Below are positions 51,655-62,462 of a stretch of DNA of 64,000 nucleotides, piece after piece. The notes under the pieces were generated by a model. It was not told where the DNA came from. It made no database searches and was given only the letters and a program-made list of their open reading frames with translations. The stretch covers positions 4,267-68,266 of the forward strand of contig JALHQL010000005.1 in the NCBI GenBank assembly GCA_022841985.1, given 5' to 3'. Position numbers and translations under genes: made by a program. The first letter of the stretch is position 1. Each line of letters opens with the position of its first letter. Source of the DNA: Minisyncoccota bacterium (lineage in GTDB: Bacteria > Patescibacteriota > Minisyncoccia > Phycocordibacterales > Phycocordibacteraceae).

Positions 51655-52632
51655 ATGGCATTTGTTGATGAAGCGAGAATACACGTGAAGGCTGGGAAGG
51701 GTGGCGATGGCGTCATTCGTTGGCTGCGCACCAAAGAGTCTGCGCGCGGCGGTCCTTCTGGGGGCGATGGTGGCCGTGGTGGCGATGTCATTCTTGTCGG
51801 CGTACGCGATTTGGCTGCCCTTGCACACTATCGTTACGAGAAGAAATTTTATGCAGAGGATGGCGAGGCAGGGAAGGGAGAATTGAAACAGGGTAAAGAT
51901 GGTGCAGATGTGCTGGTGAAAGTCCCGGTCGGGACAACGGTGCGCGTTGTAGACACGGGTGAAGAGCACGATATTACGAAGGAGGATGAGCAGATTGTTT
52001 TGTTTCGTGGTGGCAAGGGAGGTCTCGGGAATGCTCGTTTTAGAGGCCCCTCTAATCAGAATCCTTTCCAACAGACAGCTGGCAAGGAGGGGAAGGGCGC
52101 GGAAATTGAACTTACTCTCAAGATCATTGCAGATGCAGGGCTCATCGGATTGCCAAATGCAGGGAAGTCGTCGCTCTTGAATGCTCTTACGAGAGCAAAG
52201 TCAAAGGTGGGTGATTATCCGTTCACTACACTCGAACCAAGTCTCGGCGAGCTCTACGGCTATATACTTGCCGACATACCCGGCCTTATTGAAGGAGCCT
52301 CGTCTGGCCGAGGCCTCGGTATTAAATTTCTGAAGCATGTTGAGAGAACAGGAATTCTTGTGCATCTCATCTCGGCAGATCAGGAGGATCCTCTTGCGGC
52401 ATACCGAGAAGTGCATAAAGAGATAGTCTCATTCGGGCATGAGTTAGATGCAAAGCGCGAAATAATCGTCCTCTCAAAAACAGATCTCGTTTTGCAAGAG
52501 GAGTGTGAAATAAAGATGCGGCTGCTTGCTAAGGAGACTGGTAAGGAAGTCCTCGCAGTCACGATTGAAGATGCAGACGCTCTCAAGAAATTTTCAGACC
52601 AGCTTATCAAAATTTTTTCTGGCGGCAAATAG
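51655..52632 (+). CDS. obgE: GTPase Obg/CgtA
   Basis: FVDEARIHVKAGKGGDG, GLPNAGKS, YPFTTL, DIPGLIEGA. Confidence 0.96.
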   Translation: MAFVDEARIHVKAGKGGDGVIRWLRTKESARGGPSGGDGGRGGDVILVGVRDLAALAHYRYEKKFYAEDGEAGKGELKQGKDGADVLVKVPVGTTVRVVDTGEEHDITKEDEQIVLFRGGKGGLGNARFRGPSNQNPFQQTAGKEGKGAEIELTLKIIADAGLIGLPNAGKSSLLNALTRAKSKVGDYPFTTLEPSLGELYGYILADIPGLIEGASSGRGLGIKFLKHVERTGILVHLISADQEDPLAAYREVHKEIVSFGHELDAKREIIVLSKTDLVLQEECEIKMRLLAKETGKEVLAVTIEDADALKKFSDQLIKIFSGGK

Positions 52633-52685
52633 CTGTTCGGGCTAGCTTCCCTCGTTTCGCTATCTGCTATAGACTGTTTATATTC

Positions 52686-54089
52686 ATGACCTACCGCCCC
52701 ACTATCGGATTGGAAGTGCACGCCGAACTTACAACTAGAACCAAGATGTTCTGTGGCTCTGCAAATGATCCAGACGAATCGCGGCCGAATGTGAATGTAT
52801 GCCCGGTGTGTATGGCACATCCGGGTACATTACCGGTCATCAATCAGGAGGCGGTGCGGCACATTCTACGTATCGGGACGGCTATTAAAGGCCGGCAAGC
52901 CGACTTCAGTGAATTTGATCGCAAGAGTTATTTCTACCCGGATATTCCAAAGGGCTATCAGATCAGTCAGTATGAACACCCTCTTATCACTGGCGGTAGT
53001 CTCTCGGGCGTTGCGATTACTCGAGTGCATCTTGAAGAGGATACCGCACGCTCAATTCATATCGCAGGAAAGAGTCTCGTTGATTTTAATCGCGCAGGCA
53101 TCCCGCTTATGGAACTGGTTACTGAACCGGTGATTCATGACGCTCTGACGGCAGGGCGTTTTGCGCGGGAGCTGCAACTTCTGTTGCGCACTCTCGGTGC
53201 AAGCGAAGCGAATCTTGAAAAAGGCGAGATGCGCATCGAAGCAAATATTTCTGTGTCATCTGGCGAAACCAAATTCGGCACGAAGGTGGAAGTGAAAAAT
53301 ATCAATTCATTTCGTTCGGTTGAGCGAGCTATCGCTTTTGAGATTGAGCGCCAAATCTCGCTCATCGACAGCGGTGGGAAGGTGGTGCAAGAGACTCGAG
53401 GATGGGACGAAACGAAGCAAGTAACCTTCCATCAGCGTTTTAAGGAGGGAAGCGCTGATTACCGTTACTTTCCAGAACCGGATCTTCCTAAACTTGTCCT
53501 CTCGGAAATTCCGGAGTTCTCTCTGGAGAGTCTCAGAGCATCATTGCCAGAACTTCCCTGGGATAAACGAGAACGGTTGCGCAAAGAATATGGATTGAAA
53601 GAAGATGTCGTGGAGTTTTTTATGCAGGACATCAGGCTCGGAAAATTTTTCGAGGAAGTCATATCCGGAAGAACTCCTGATTTTGCACGACTCGCTGCAA
53701 ATTACATTACGACCGACTTGACGGCGCTTCTAAAGGAGAAAGCGCAGAATGTCTTTCTCGAAGCAGATACTTTCATAAAGCTTATGGACATGTCTGTTTC
53801 AAATAAACTCTCTTCTCGTGGGGTCAAGGATACATTGCTTGTCATGGTTGAAAAGGGAGGCGACCCTGAGATAATCGCAAAGGAACACAACCTTCTTCAG
53901 ATGCATGATACTGAAACTCTCCGAGCGGCTGTCCTAGTCGTACTAGAGGAAGAGAAGAAGGCAGTTGAAGAGTATCGCGCGGGAAAGGAAGCAGCCATGC
54001 AATATTTAATCGGTAAAAGTATGAAGGCAACGAAAGGTGCGGGCAACCCAGCGATACTTAAGGATTTGATCAGTAAAGAGCTTCTCTAG
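52686..54089 (+). CDS. gatB: Asp/Glu-tRNA amidotransferase subunit B
   Basis: IGLEVHAEL, YFYPDIPKGYQISQ, HLEEDTA, DYRYFPEPDL. Confidence 0.97.
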   Translation: MTYRPTIGLEVHAELTTRTKMFCGSANDPDESRPNVNVCPVCMAHPGTLPVINQEAVRHILRIGTAIKGRQADFSEFDRKSYFYPDIPKGYQISQYEHPLITGGSLSGVAITRVHLEEDTARSIHIAGKSLVDFNRAGIPLMELVTEPVIHDALTAGRFARELQLLLRTLGASEANLEKGEMRIEANISVSSGETKFGTKVEVKNINSFRSVERAIAFEIERQISLIDSGGKVVQETRGWDETKQVTFHQRFKEGSADYRYFPEPDLPKLVLSEIPEFSLESLRASLPELPWDKRERLRKEYGLKEDVVEFFMQDIRLGKFFEEVISGRTPDFARLAANYITTDLTALLKEKAQNVFLEADTFIKLMDMSVSNKLSSRGVKDTLLVMVEKGGDPEIIAKEHNLLQMHDTETLRAAVLVVLEEEKKAVEEYRAGKEAAMQYLIGKSMKATKGAGNPAILKDLISKELL

Positions 54090-54156
54090 TTAAACTAATG
54101 GCGTGGGAGTGTGCACAGAACTTCCCTATGGGCCAAGATACGGTTATACTGCGGGT

Positions 54157-54954
54157 ATGGACGAGATTCTTATAGAAGAAAAGAAGTATATATCGTCAAA
54201 ACGAGCCGCGAAAATGACGGGCTACGCAAAAGATTATATTGGCCAGCTCTGCCGAGAGGGTCGAGTCCCAGCACGGCTCGTTGGGCGTAGTTGGTACGTT
54301 CTTGAAACAGCGATTCAAGACCACCGCTTCGGCGACAATCAAGCCAAGCAAGATATACAAACTAGTACTCAGGCATCTGAAGCAAAAGCGTCTACAAAAG
54401 AGTCTCCATACTACGAAGCATCCTCAGTAAACATACTTCCGTCTGTAAACCGTCTTCGGAATACAGAACACTTGACGTCTGAAAATTTGCAAGAAGAAGG
54501 TCCGAAAGAGTCACATCCCTTACAGGACTCTTGGCGAGCGTGGTTTGATCATGTGAAGACTGCTGAACAAGACACTATCGTCACGTCTGAAAATTCAGAT
54601 AACGACAAAGAAGAAAAAAAAGAAAACGAAAATAAGGTAGAAGCAGAGAGGGAAGATAGCAGTGTAGACGTCCCTATCCACGTCGTATACGAACCGCTTC
54701 CAAAAGATCTTTTACCAATCAGTACTAAAGATTTTTCAGACGTGCAGGATGTGGGGCAGACCAATCAAGTGAGCTTGCCTCGCAAAATAACAGGGGCAAG
54801 GTTACTAATGAGAACTACCGGCAACATAGTTGGAATGCTGCTTGCGATCGTTCTAGTAGTTCTAGCAGCAATTGGGACAGGATATTTCGATACATACTTC
54901 ATATCGACTAAGCAAGCAAATATAATTAGTGGTATAACAGTCTACAATAAATAG
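54157..54954 (+). CDS. N-terminal excisionase/MerR-like HTH, acidic linker, C-terminal TM helix
   Basis: YISSKRAAKMTGYAKDYIGQLCREGRVPARLVGRSWYV; TM IVGMLLAIVLVVLAAIG; TATACT 6 nt before the ATG. Confidence 0.8.
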   Translation: MDEILIEEKKYISSKRAAKMTGYAKDYIGQLCREGRVPARLVGRSWYVLETAIQDHRFGDNQAKQDIQTSTQASEAKASTKESPYYEASSVNILPSVNRLRNTEHLTSENLQEEGPKESHPLQDSWRAWFDHVKTAEQDTIVTSENSDNDKEEKKENENKVEAEREDSSVDVPIHVVYEPLPKDLLPISTKDFSDVQDVGQTNQVSLPRKITGARLLMRTTGNIVGMLLAIVLVVLAAIGTGYFDTYFISTKQANIISGITVYNK

Positions 54955-55139
54955 TTTATTTACAGTGTTTCTCGTCTTGTTTGCGCAATGTAATATAATA
55001 TTGCTTTGGTATGACCTCAGGCACTCTCTTTCTGAAAATATTTTTATAACACTGTGTACGTGAAAAGTTTACGAAACCCATGATACTCAGATAATTTGAT
55101 GTAGAAAACTTGTTGTTGCGGATAGATATCATGATTATT

Positions 55140-55148
55140 TTATCCACA
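55140..55148 (+). promoter_or_regulatory. DnaA-box consensus TTATCCACA upstream of the second HTH gene / ATPase operon
   Basis: Exact 9-mer in an AT-rich intergenic region. Confidence 0.5.
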
Positions 55149-55208
55149 TAAGAGTGAGTGTTTGTTTCAGAAATATCCTGTAAAATAATGGGTAATTGGA
55201 TATTTTGT

Positions 55209-55904
55209 ATGAATGACACTACGATGCTCCACGAGGGTCTTATCACTACTAAGGAGGCATCCAAACTTTTTAAATACACATCGAGTTATCTTGCGCATCT
55301 TGTTCGTAATAAGAAAATAAATGCTCACAAATTAGGCCGAAGCTGGCTCATTGAAAAGGATTCCCTGGCGCATTTTATAGCGCAACAGGGAAAACAAGAT
55401 GCCAAAAATACGCAAATTTATGCACATCCGCTTCCACAAGAACACCAAATACATCGTGTAGAGATTATGCCGGTGACACCACCTTCTTCTCTGCAGCCCA
55501 ATACCATACAGCATCACGGTATTTCTCATGCTCAACAGCAAATCCCTCTAAAATGGGTTAGTAAAACGGTGCCGCTGGTTATCCTCGTTATTTTTACTGC
55601 ACTCGTACTTCAATTTGGACCAATGCTAGCTCAATCACCGATGCTTGCATCATGGACAGGTGTGTTTCAGATGCTCCCTGGAAGTATTAGTCGGATACCT
55701 CTTACGATTGGTGAATTTGTGATAACGACTACCCATACTGTTATTGCCGCTGATGCGGTTCTTTCGTACGCTATCGCTGCCGCCGCGCCGGCAATCTCAC
55801 AAGCAACAGTAAAGATTTTGATAAGTATTGGCGATAAACTCTCTAACGCTACTGGCCATATCCCGGCACAGCTGGCAAGCGTATTTGCACATGACGCCCA
55901 ATAA
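55209..55904 (+). CDS. N-terminal excisionase-like HTH membrane protein
   Basis: ITTKEASKLFKYTSSYLAHLVRNKKINAHKLGRSWLI; TM VPLVILVIFTALVL; first gene of the ATPase-like operon (2-nt gap to the next gene). Confidence 0.75.
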   Translation: MNDTTMLHEGLITTKEASKLFKYTSSYLAHLVRNKKINAHKLGRSWLIEKDSLAHFIAQQGKQDAKNTQIYAHPLPQEHQIHRVEIMPVTPPSSLQPNTIQHHGISHAQQQIPLKWVSKTVPLVILVIFTALVLQFGPMLAQSPMLASWTGVFQMLPGSISRIPLTIGEFVITTTHTVIAADAVLSYAIAAAAPAISQATVKILISIGDKLSNATGHIPAQLASVFAHDAQ

Positions 55905-55906
55905 AT

Positions 55907-56770
55907 ATGTCCACCATCCCGCATTATTCTCGTCGGACTCCCGTGATTGTTACGACAGGGCTCATAGTGTCTCTGGCGAGTCTTTTTATATTTGCCATTC
56001 CCTCCGCGGTGTATGCGCAGTTTGGTGATACTACGGTTGCAAAAACTTATCTTATTTCTGGAGACACAGCGGAGTTTGGGGATCTAGTATCATTTGATCG
56101 AGCCACGCAGACTTTTCATCTCGCGCAAGAAATCGATGATCCAAATCTCTTTGGAGTTGTGGTAACGAGTCCGGCAATCGTGCTCCGCACCAGTACGGAA
56201 GGCGTTCCAATCGTCAATTCCGGTGAAGTATATGTGCAGGTGACAACGGTGAATGGCCCGATCAGTGCTGGAGACTACATTACTTCGTCGCCTATTCCCG
56301 GCAAGGGCCAGAAAGCCGATCCCTCCGCATCTTTTGTCGTCGGTACCGCGCTCGATTCTTTCCCCGCGGTACCGATCAGTACATCATCTGTAGTGAGCAC
56401 ATCGACCGTGGATGGAGCTTCCATCCGTGTGTTGCTCGCTATTGGCCCAAAATCAGCAGATACTGAAGGATCATCTGGCACTGGCGACGCGACGGGTGAC
56501 CCGACGTCAAACGTCAATATTTTAGGCGTGTCCACGCCATTCGCTACCGTAATCAAGTATGTGCTCGCGACTCTTGTTGTCGTCGGTTCTATTTATGTCT
56601 CATTTCGGAATTTCGGTTCGAATATGAAAGACAGTATTATTTCGGTAGGGCGCAATCCACTTGCCAAGTCCTCGATCCAGTCCATGGTAGTGTTGAATAC
56701 AGTATTAATTGTATTCGTTAGCATAGTGGGTCTGTTTATCGGACTCTTGATTCTTTTTGTGCAGCTGTAA
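55907..56770 (+). CDS. Secreted chaperone-like domain fused to an ATP synthase subunit c-like hairpin
   Basis: Signal peptide (VYA|Q); C-terminal TM-GRNPLAKSSIQ-TM resembles the c-subunit R(Q/N)P loop; occupies the atpE position before b/delta/alpha. Confidence 0.65.
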   Translation: MSTIPHYSRRTPVIVTTGLIVSLASLFIFAIPSAVYAQFGDTTVAKTYLISGDTAEFGDLVSFDRATQTFHLAQEIDDPNLFGVVVTSPAIVLRTSTEGVPIVNSGEVYVQVTTVNGPISAGDYITSSPIPGKGQKADPSASFVVGTALDSFPAVPISTSSVVSTSTVDGASIRVLLAIGPKSADTEGSSGTGDATGDPTSNVNILGVSTPFATVIKYVLATLVVVGSIYVSFRNFGSNMKDSIISVGRNPLAKSSIQSMVVLNTVLIVFVSIVGLFIGLLILFVQL

Positions 56771-56791
56771 CGACGTATAAAATAAAATGAT

Positions 56792-57532
56792 ATGAATGTC
56801 ATCCAGTCACTGTGGTCAACCGTCCTTTCCGTCTCGCCGGACGCTGTGTTACTTACAGTGCTTGCGCTCCTCATCCTTATGCTCGCAGTGTTTACTGCAG
56901 TCGTGATTCGGTTTGGGACTCAGCTGCGGTATCTGGCGACTCCTTTGTTCGATCGGACAGTGAAAGAGGCGCAAGAGAGGGCAGAACATATTCTCGTTGA
57001 CGCTCGAGAACAGGGGAGTGCTATCAGGATGCAGGCGCAAATGGAAGCAGAAAAAATATTTACGAACCGTAAAGAAGAAGATGAGAAGTTTCGTACTGAA
57101 CAGTCCGCGCATTTGGAAGAAATTACCTTGCACGCAAAAGATCTTTTGACCAAACATGTTCAGGCTGCCGAGAAAATGCTGCGGGATGAAGCAGAGAGTA
57201 TGCGACAAACGTTTGCCAAAGAAGACGAACGAATGAAACAAACATTCGCTGATGTCGGTGCACAAGTACAGCACGAGTACAAAGAGTTCACAGCAGAAAT
57301 AAAAAAACGGATGTCGGATGAGGTGGCAAAAGAAATCGAAATGGCGCGACAGGCCGTTACGATCTATAAGCAAGAACAGTTTGGGATGCTCGATAAAGAA
57401 ATCATCGAGCTCGTTAAAGATACGACTCGTATCGCATTGCACAAATCGCTTTCGCTCGATGAGCATCGCGGTATTATTCTTGATGCGCTCGCCGAAGCGA
57501 AACGACAAGGAGTGTTCAGTACGCCATCATGA
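56792..57532 (+). CDS. ATP synthase subunit b-like peripheral stalk protein
   Basis: Single N-terminal TM, then a long charged coiled coil (EAQERAEHILVDARE); atpF position. Confidence 0.7.
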   Translation: MNVIQSLWSTVLSVSPDAVLLTVLALLILMLAVFTAVVIRFGTQLRYLATPLFDRTVKEAQERAEHILVDAREQGSAIRMQAQMEAEKIFTNRKEEDEKFRTEQSAHLEEITLHAKDLLTKHVQAAEKMLRDEAESMRQTFAKEDERMKQTFADVGAQVQHEYKEFTAEIKKRMSDEVAKEIEMARQAVTIYKQEQFGMLDKEIIELVKDTTRIALHKSLSLDEHRGIILDALAEAKRQGVFSTPS

Positions 57533-58071
57533 CGAACTCATTTCTTAAAATTTTTACGGAACATACCTACAGTCGGGCAGACTTCGCGCACAACATAAGT
57601 CTCGTGAGGGAATTTTTTGAATTTATTTTCTTCACGAAGCGCGACGTGTCTGCGAGTAAAGACAGTATCGAACAATTTGCTGCGTACAGCAAAAAACCAT
57701 TTGTTGACATTGCATTCTTGCGCACGTTGCCATCATCGTTTCTTGATACATTTACGAAGGAATCCTTGTACGAAACACTCAAGCGTCTCTCAGAGGAATC
57801 GAAACAACTAAAAACACTTTCGCTCACTGTGCCGACCGTACTCTCTCGCGAAGATGTGGCAGCTATCGGTATATGGGCGCATCAAGAGGTTGATGCAAAT
57901 CTTCTGATCGATATCGACGTCGATCCATCTATCGCAGCCGGTTGCCGTCTCGTATGGAATAATCAGCTCCACGATTTTAGTCTTGATCGATATCTTGCCG
58001 AAAGTCAGGCTGCGCTACACAAAAGACTTGTTCAAACTCAAAAAGTAACGACGATGTCTCCACGCACCTAA
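57529..58071 (+). CDS. ATP synthase subunit delta-like (divergent)
   Basis: C-terminal IDVDPSIAAGCRLVWNNQLHDFSL resembles delta/OSCP 'vDpsligG..v..g....D.S'; atpH position. Confidence 0.7.
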   Translation: MTNSFLKIFTEHTYSRADFAHNISLVREFFEFIFFTKRDVSASKDSIEQFAAYSKKPFVDIAFLRTLPSSFLDTFTKESLYETLKRLSEESKQLKTLSLTVPTVLSREDVAAIGIWAHQEVDANLLIDIDVDPSIAAGCRLVWNNQLHDFSLDRYLAESQAALHKRLVQTQKVTTMSPRT

Positions 58072-58076
58072 TTAGT

Positions 58077-59539
58077 ATGGATACGCATGCACACACAATG
58101 ACCGAAGGAGAAATTGGCTTCGTCGTTGAAGCTAAGGGATACCTTCTTACGCTTGAGGGTCTACCGTCGGCGCGGGTGAATACGGTTATTGTCAATGCAA
58201 AAGGGCAGCGAGCACTCGTTACCGCATTTCGAGAAGATAGTGTCGAGGCGTATCTGCTTGATCGGGGCAATCCGAGGGCGGGCGACCAATTCGTCATAGA
58301 CCCAAAAGGAATCCAATTTTCGTTTGGTGAGCATCTTTTCGGGCGCACGATAAATGTTCTTGGCGAACCGCTTGATGGGTTGGGGGGCTTCCCGCCAAAT
58401 AACGCTCCATTGCGAATGGAAGCAGATGCGCCCCGTATGAGCGCTCGCGCACCGATGATCGCCCCCCTCCTCACCGGCATATCGGCGATTGACATTCTAA
58501 TTCCTATAGCTCAAGGTCAGCGGCAACTCATCGTGGGTCCACTGAGTAGTGGGAAGAGAAAGTTTATTGAAAATGTCTTTGCTCACCAAAAAGAATCGGG
58601 AGTTGTGTGCATTTATGCGCTCATTGGGCGTCCAGTCTCATACGTTGAAGAGGCAATCGCGAATCTTCTGAACGAACAAGGGAATAAAAATGTCATTATT
58701 CTGGTCTCTCTTTCCGATGATCCCGCTCCCATGGTGTATCTAACACCTATAGTTGCGCTCGAGCTCGCAGAATCCTTTTCCGTGGAAGGGAAGGATGTGC
58801 TTGTAGTGCTCGACGATCTCGGAAGTCATGCAAAATATTTCCGCGAAATCGCCCTCTTGTCGGGGAAAGTGCCGGGCCGCGAATCGTATCCTGGCGATAT
58901 GTTTTATCAGCAAGCTCGCTTATTGGAGCGAGGCGGATGTTTCAATAAAAGTATCGGCGGCGGGAGTATTACTATCTTGCCCGTGCTTGAGACGAGTATT
59001 GAGGATCTTACCAATCTTGTCTCTACTAATTTGGTATCGGCAACTGACGGGCATCTTTTTTTCTCACCACTTTTTCATGCGGAAGGACATTTCCCCGCCG
59101 TGGTACCCGAACAATCGGTAACCCGTGTTGGGCACAGCACACAAAGCATGTTGGCTAAACAACTCTCCATTCGCGTGAATGCACTCATTGCACAATATGA
59201 ACGTCAACGAGGTTACGGTCAGTTCGGAACACAGCTTTCAGAAGAGACTCAGCGCACTATTAGCAGAGGGCAATCAGTGCGAGTTCTTCTTGATCAAGAT
59301 CCAATGATCTCCTTGTCTGTTGAGGTACAAATCGTACTGTTGACACTTGTCTTCACCACTTTGTTTAATGGAAAAGATGTTGCGTTCGTCTCAGCTAATC
59401 GGGGTAGACTTATTGCTGCTATTTCAAATGCGAGTAGTACGGAACTTGAGTCAGTAGTAGCTAGTGCGCGTCGCGGCAATATATCCTTTGAACAGTTCCA
59501 AAAGAAGTTAGAGAGCATCGTTCCGTATCTGCAAACTCT

Positions 59540-59555
<16 letters not shown>
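58077..59555 (+). CDS. atpA: F1 ATPase alpha-like subunit (divergent)
   Basis: TGISAIDILIPIAQGQRQLI, DDLGSHA, PGRESYPGDMFY, RLLERGG, TDGHLF, SVTRVG; degenerate Walker A. Confidence 0.88.
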
Positions 59556-62042
<2,487 letters not shown>

Positions 62043-62072
62043 AGTTTCCTGAGCATAGGAAGATCATTTTAC

Positions 62073-62114
62073 ACAGACGAACAATAATATACTTATATTG
62101 TATAGCTAATTCGT
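62073..62114. repeat. 42-bp element, copy 1 (ACAGACGAACAAT...TAATTCGT)
   Basis: Same length and ends as the copy at 62407-62448; internal inverted arms ACGAA/TTCGT. Confidence 0.7.
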
Positions 62115-62151
62115 CTATCAAATATACGTGGGGCACGGTTATGAGGCCGTA

Positions 62152-62197
62152 ATCTTGTCTCGTATATCTCGGTTAAACGAGATATACGAGACAAGAT
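62152..62197. repeat. Perfect 20-bp inverted repeat
   Basis: ATCTTGTCTCGTATATCTCG-gttaaa-CGAGATATACGAGACAAGAT. Confidence 0.88.
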
Positions 62198-62380
62198 ATG
62201 ACTTAATAATTAGAATAATGTGATTTGTAATAGAATATTTCTTAAATACCGATCGCCATTGCCAATTTCCAATCTTTAGTACTTATATTTTCTTAAATTC
62301 CCTTGTTTGGAACCCATTATTTTATAAAAAATATACATACCATTTAGAAAAATAAAACAAAATTATCGATAAATTTATTC

Positions 62381-62389
62381 TTATCCACA
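62381..62389 (+). promoter_or_regulatory. DnaA-box consensus TTATCCACA
   Basis: Exact 9-mer upstream of the giant HTH-fibre gene. Confidence 0.5.
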
Positions 62390-62406
62390 GATAATTTTAA
62401 TTCTCT

Positions 62407-62448
62407 ACAGACGAACAATTTAATGCTGATAGTATATAGGTAATTCGT
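62407..62448. repeat. 42-bp element, copy 2, directly upstream of ATG 62463
   Basis: ACAGACGAACAAT-ttaatgctgatagtatatagg-TAATTCGT. Confidence 0.7.
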
Positions 62449-62462
62449 TTCCTCGAACATTG

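Noticed and set aside
55209-55904. ATP synthase subunit a (by position)
   Set aside because: Only one clear TM, an N-terminal HTH, and no 'lRLfgN' motif with the essential Arg.
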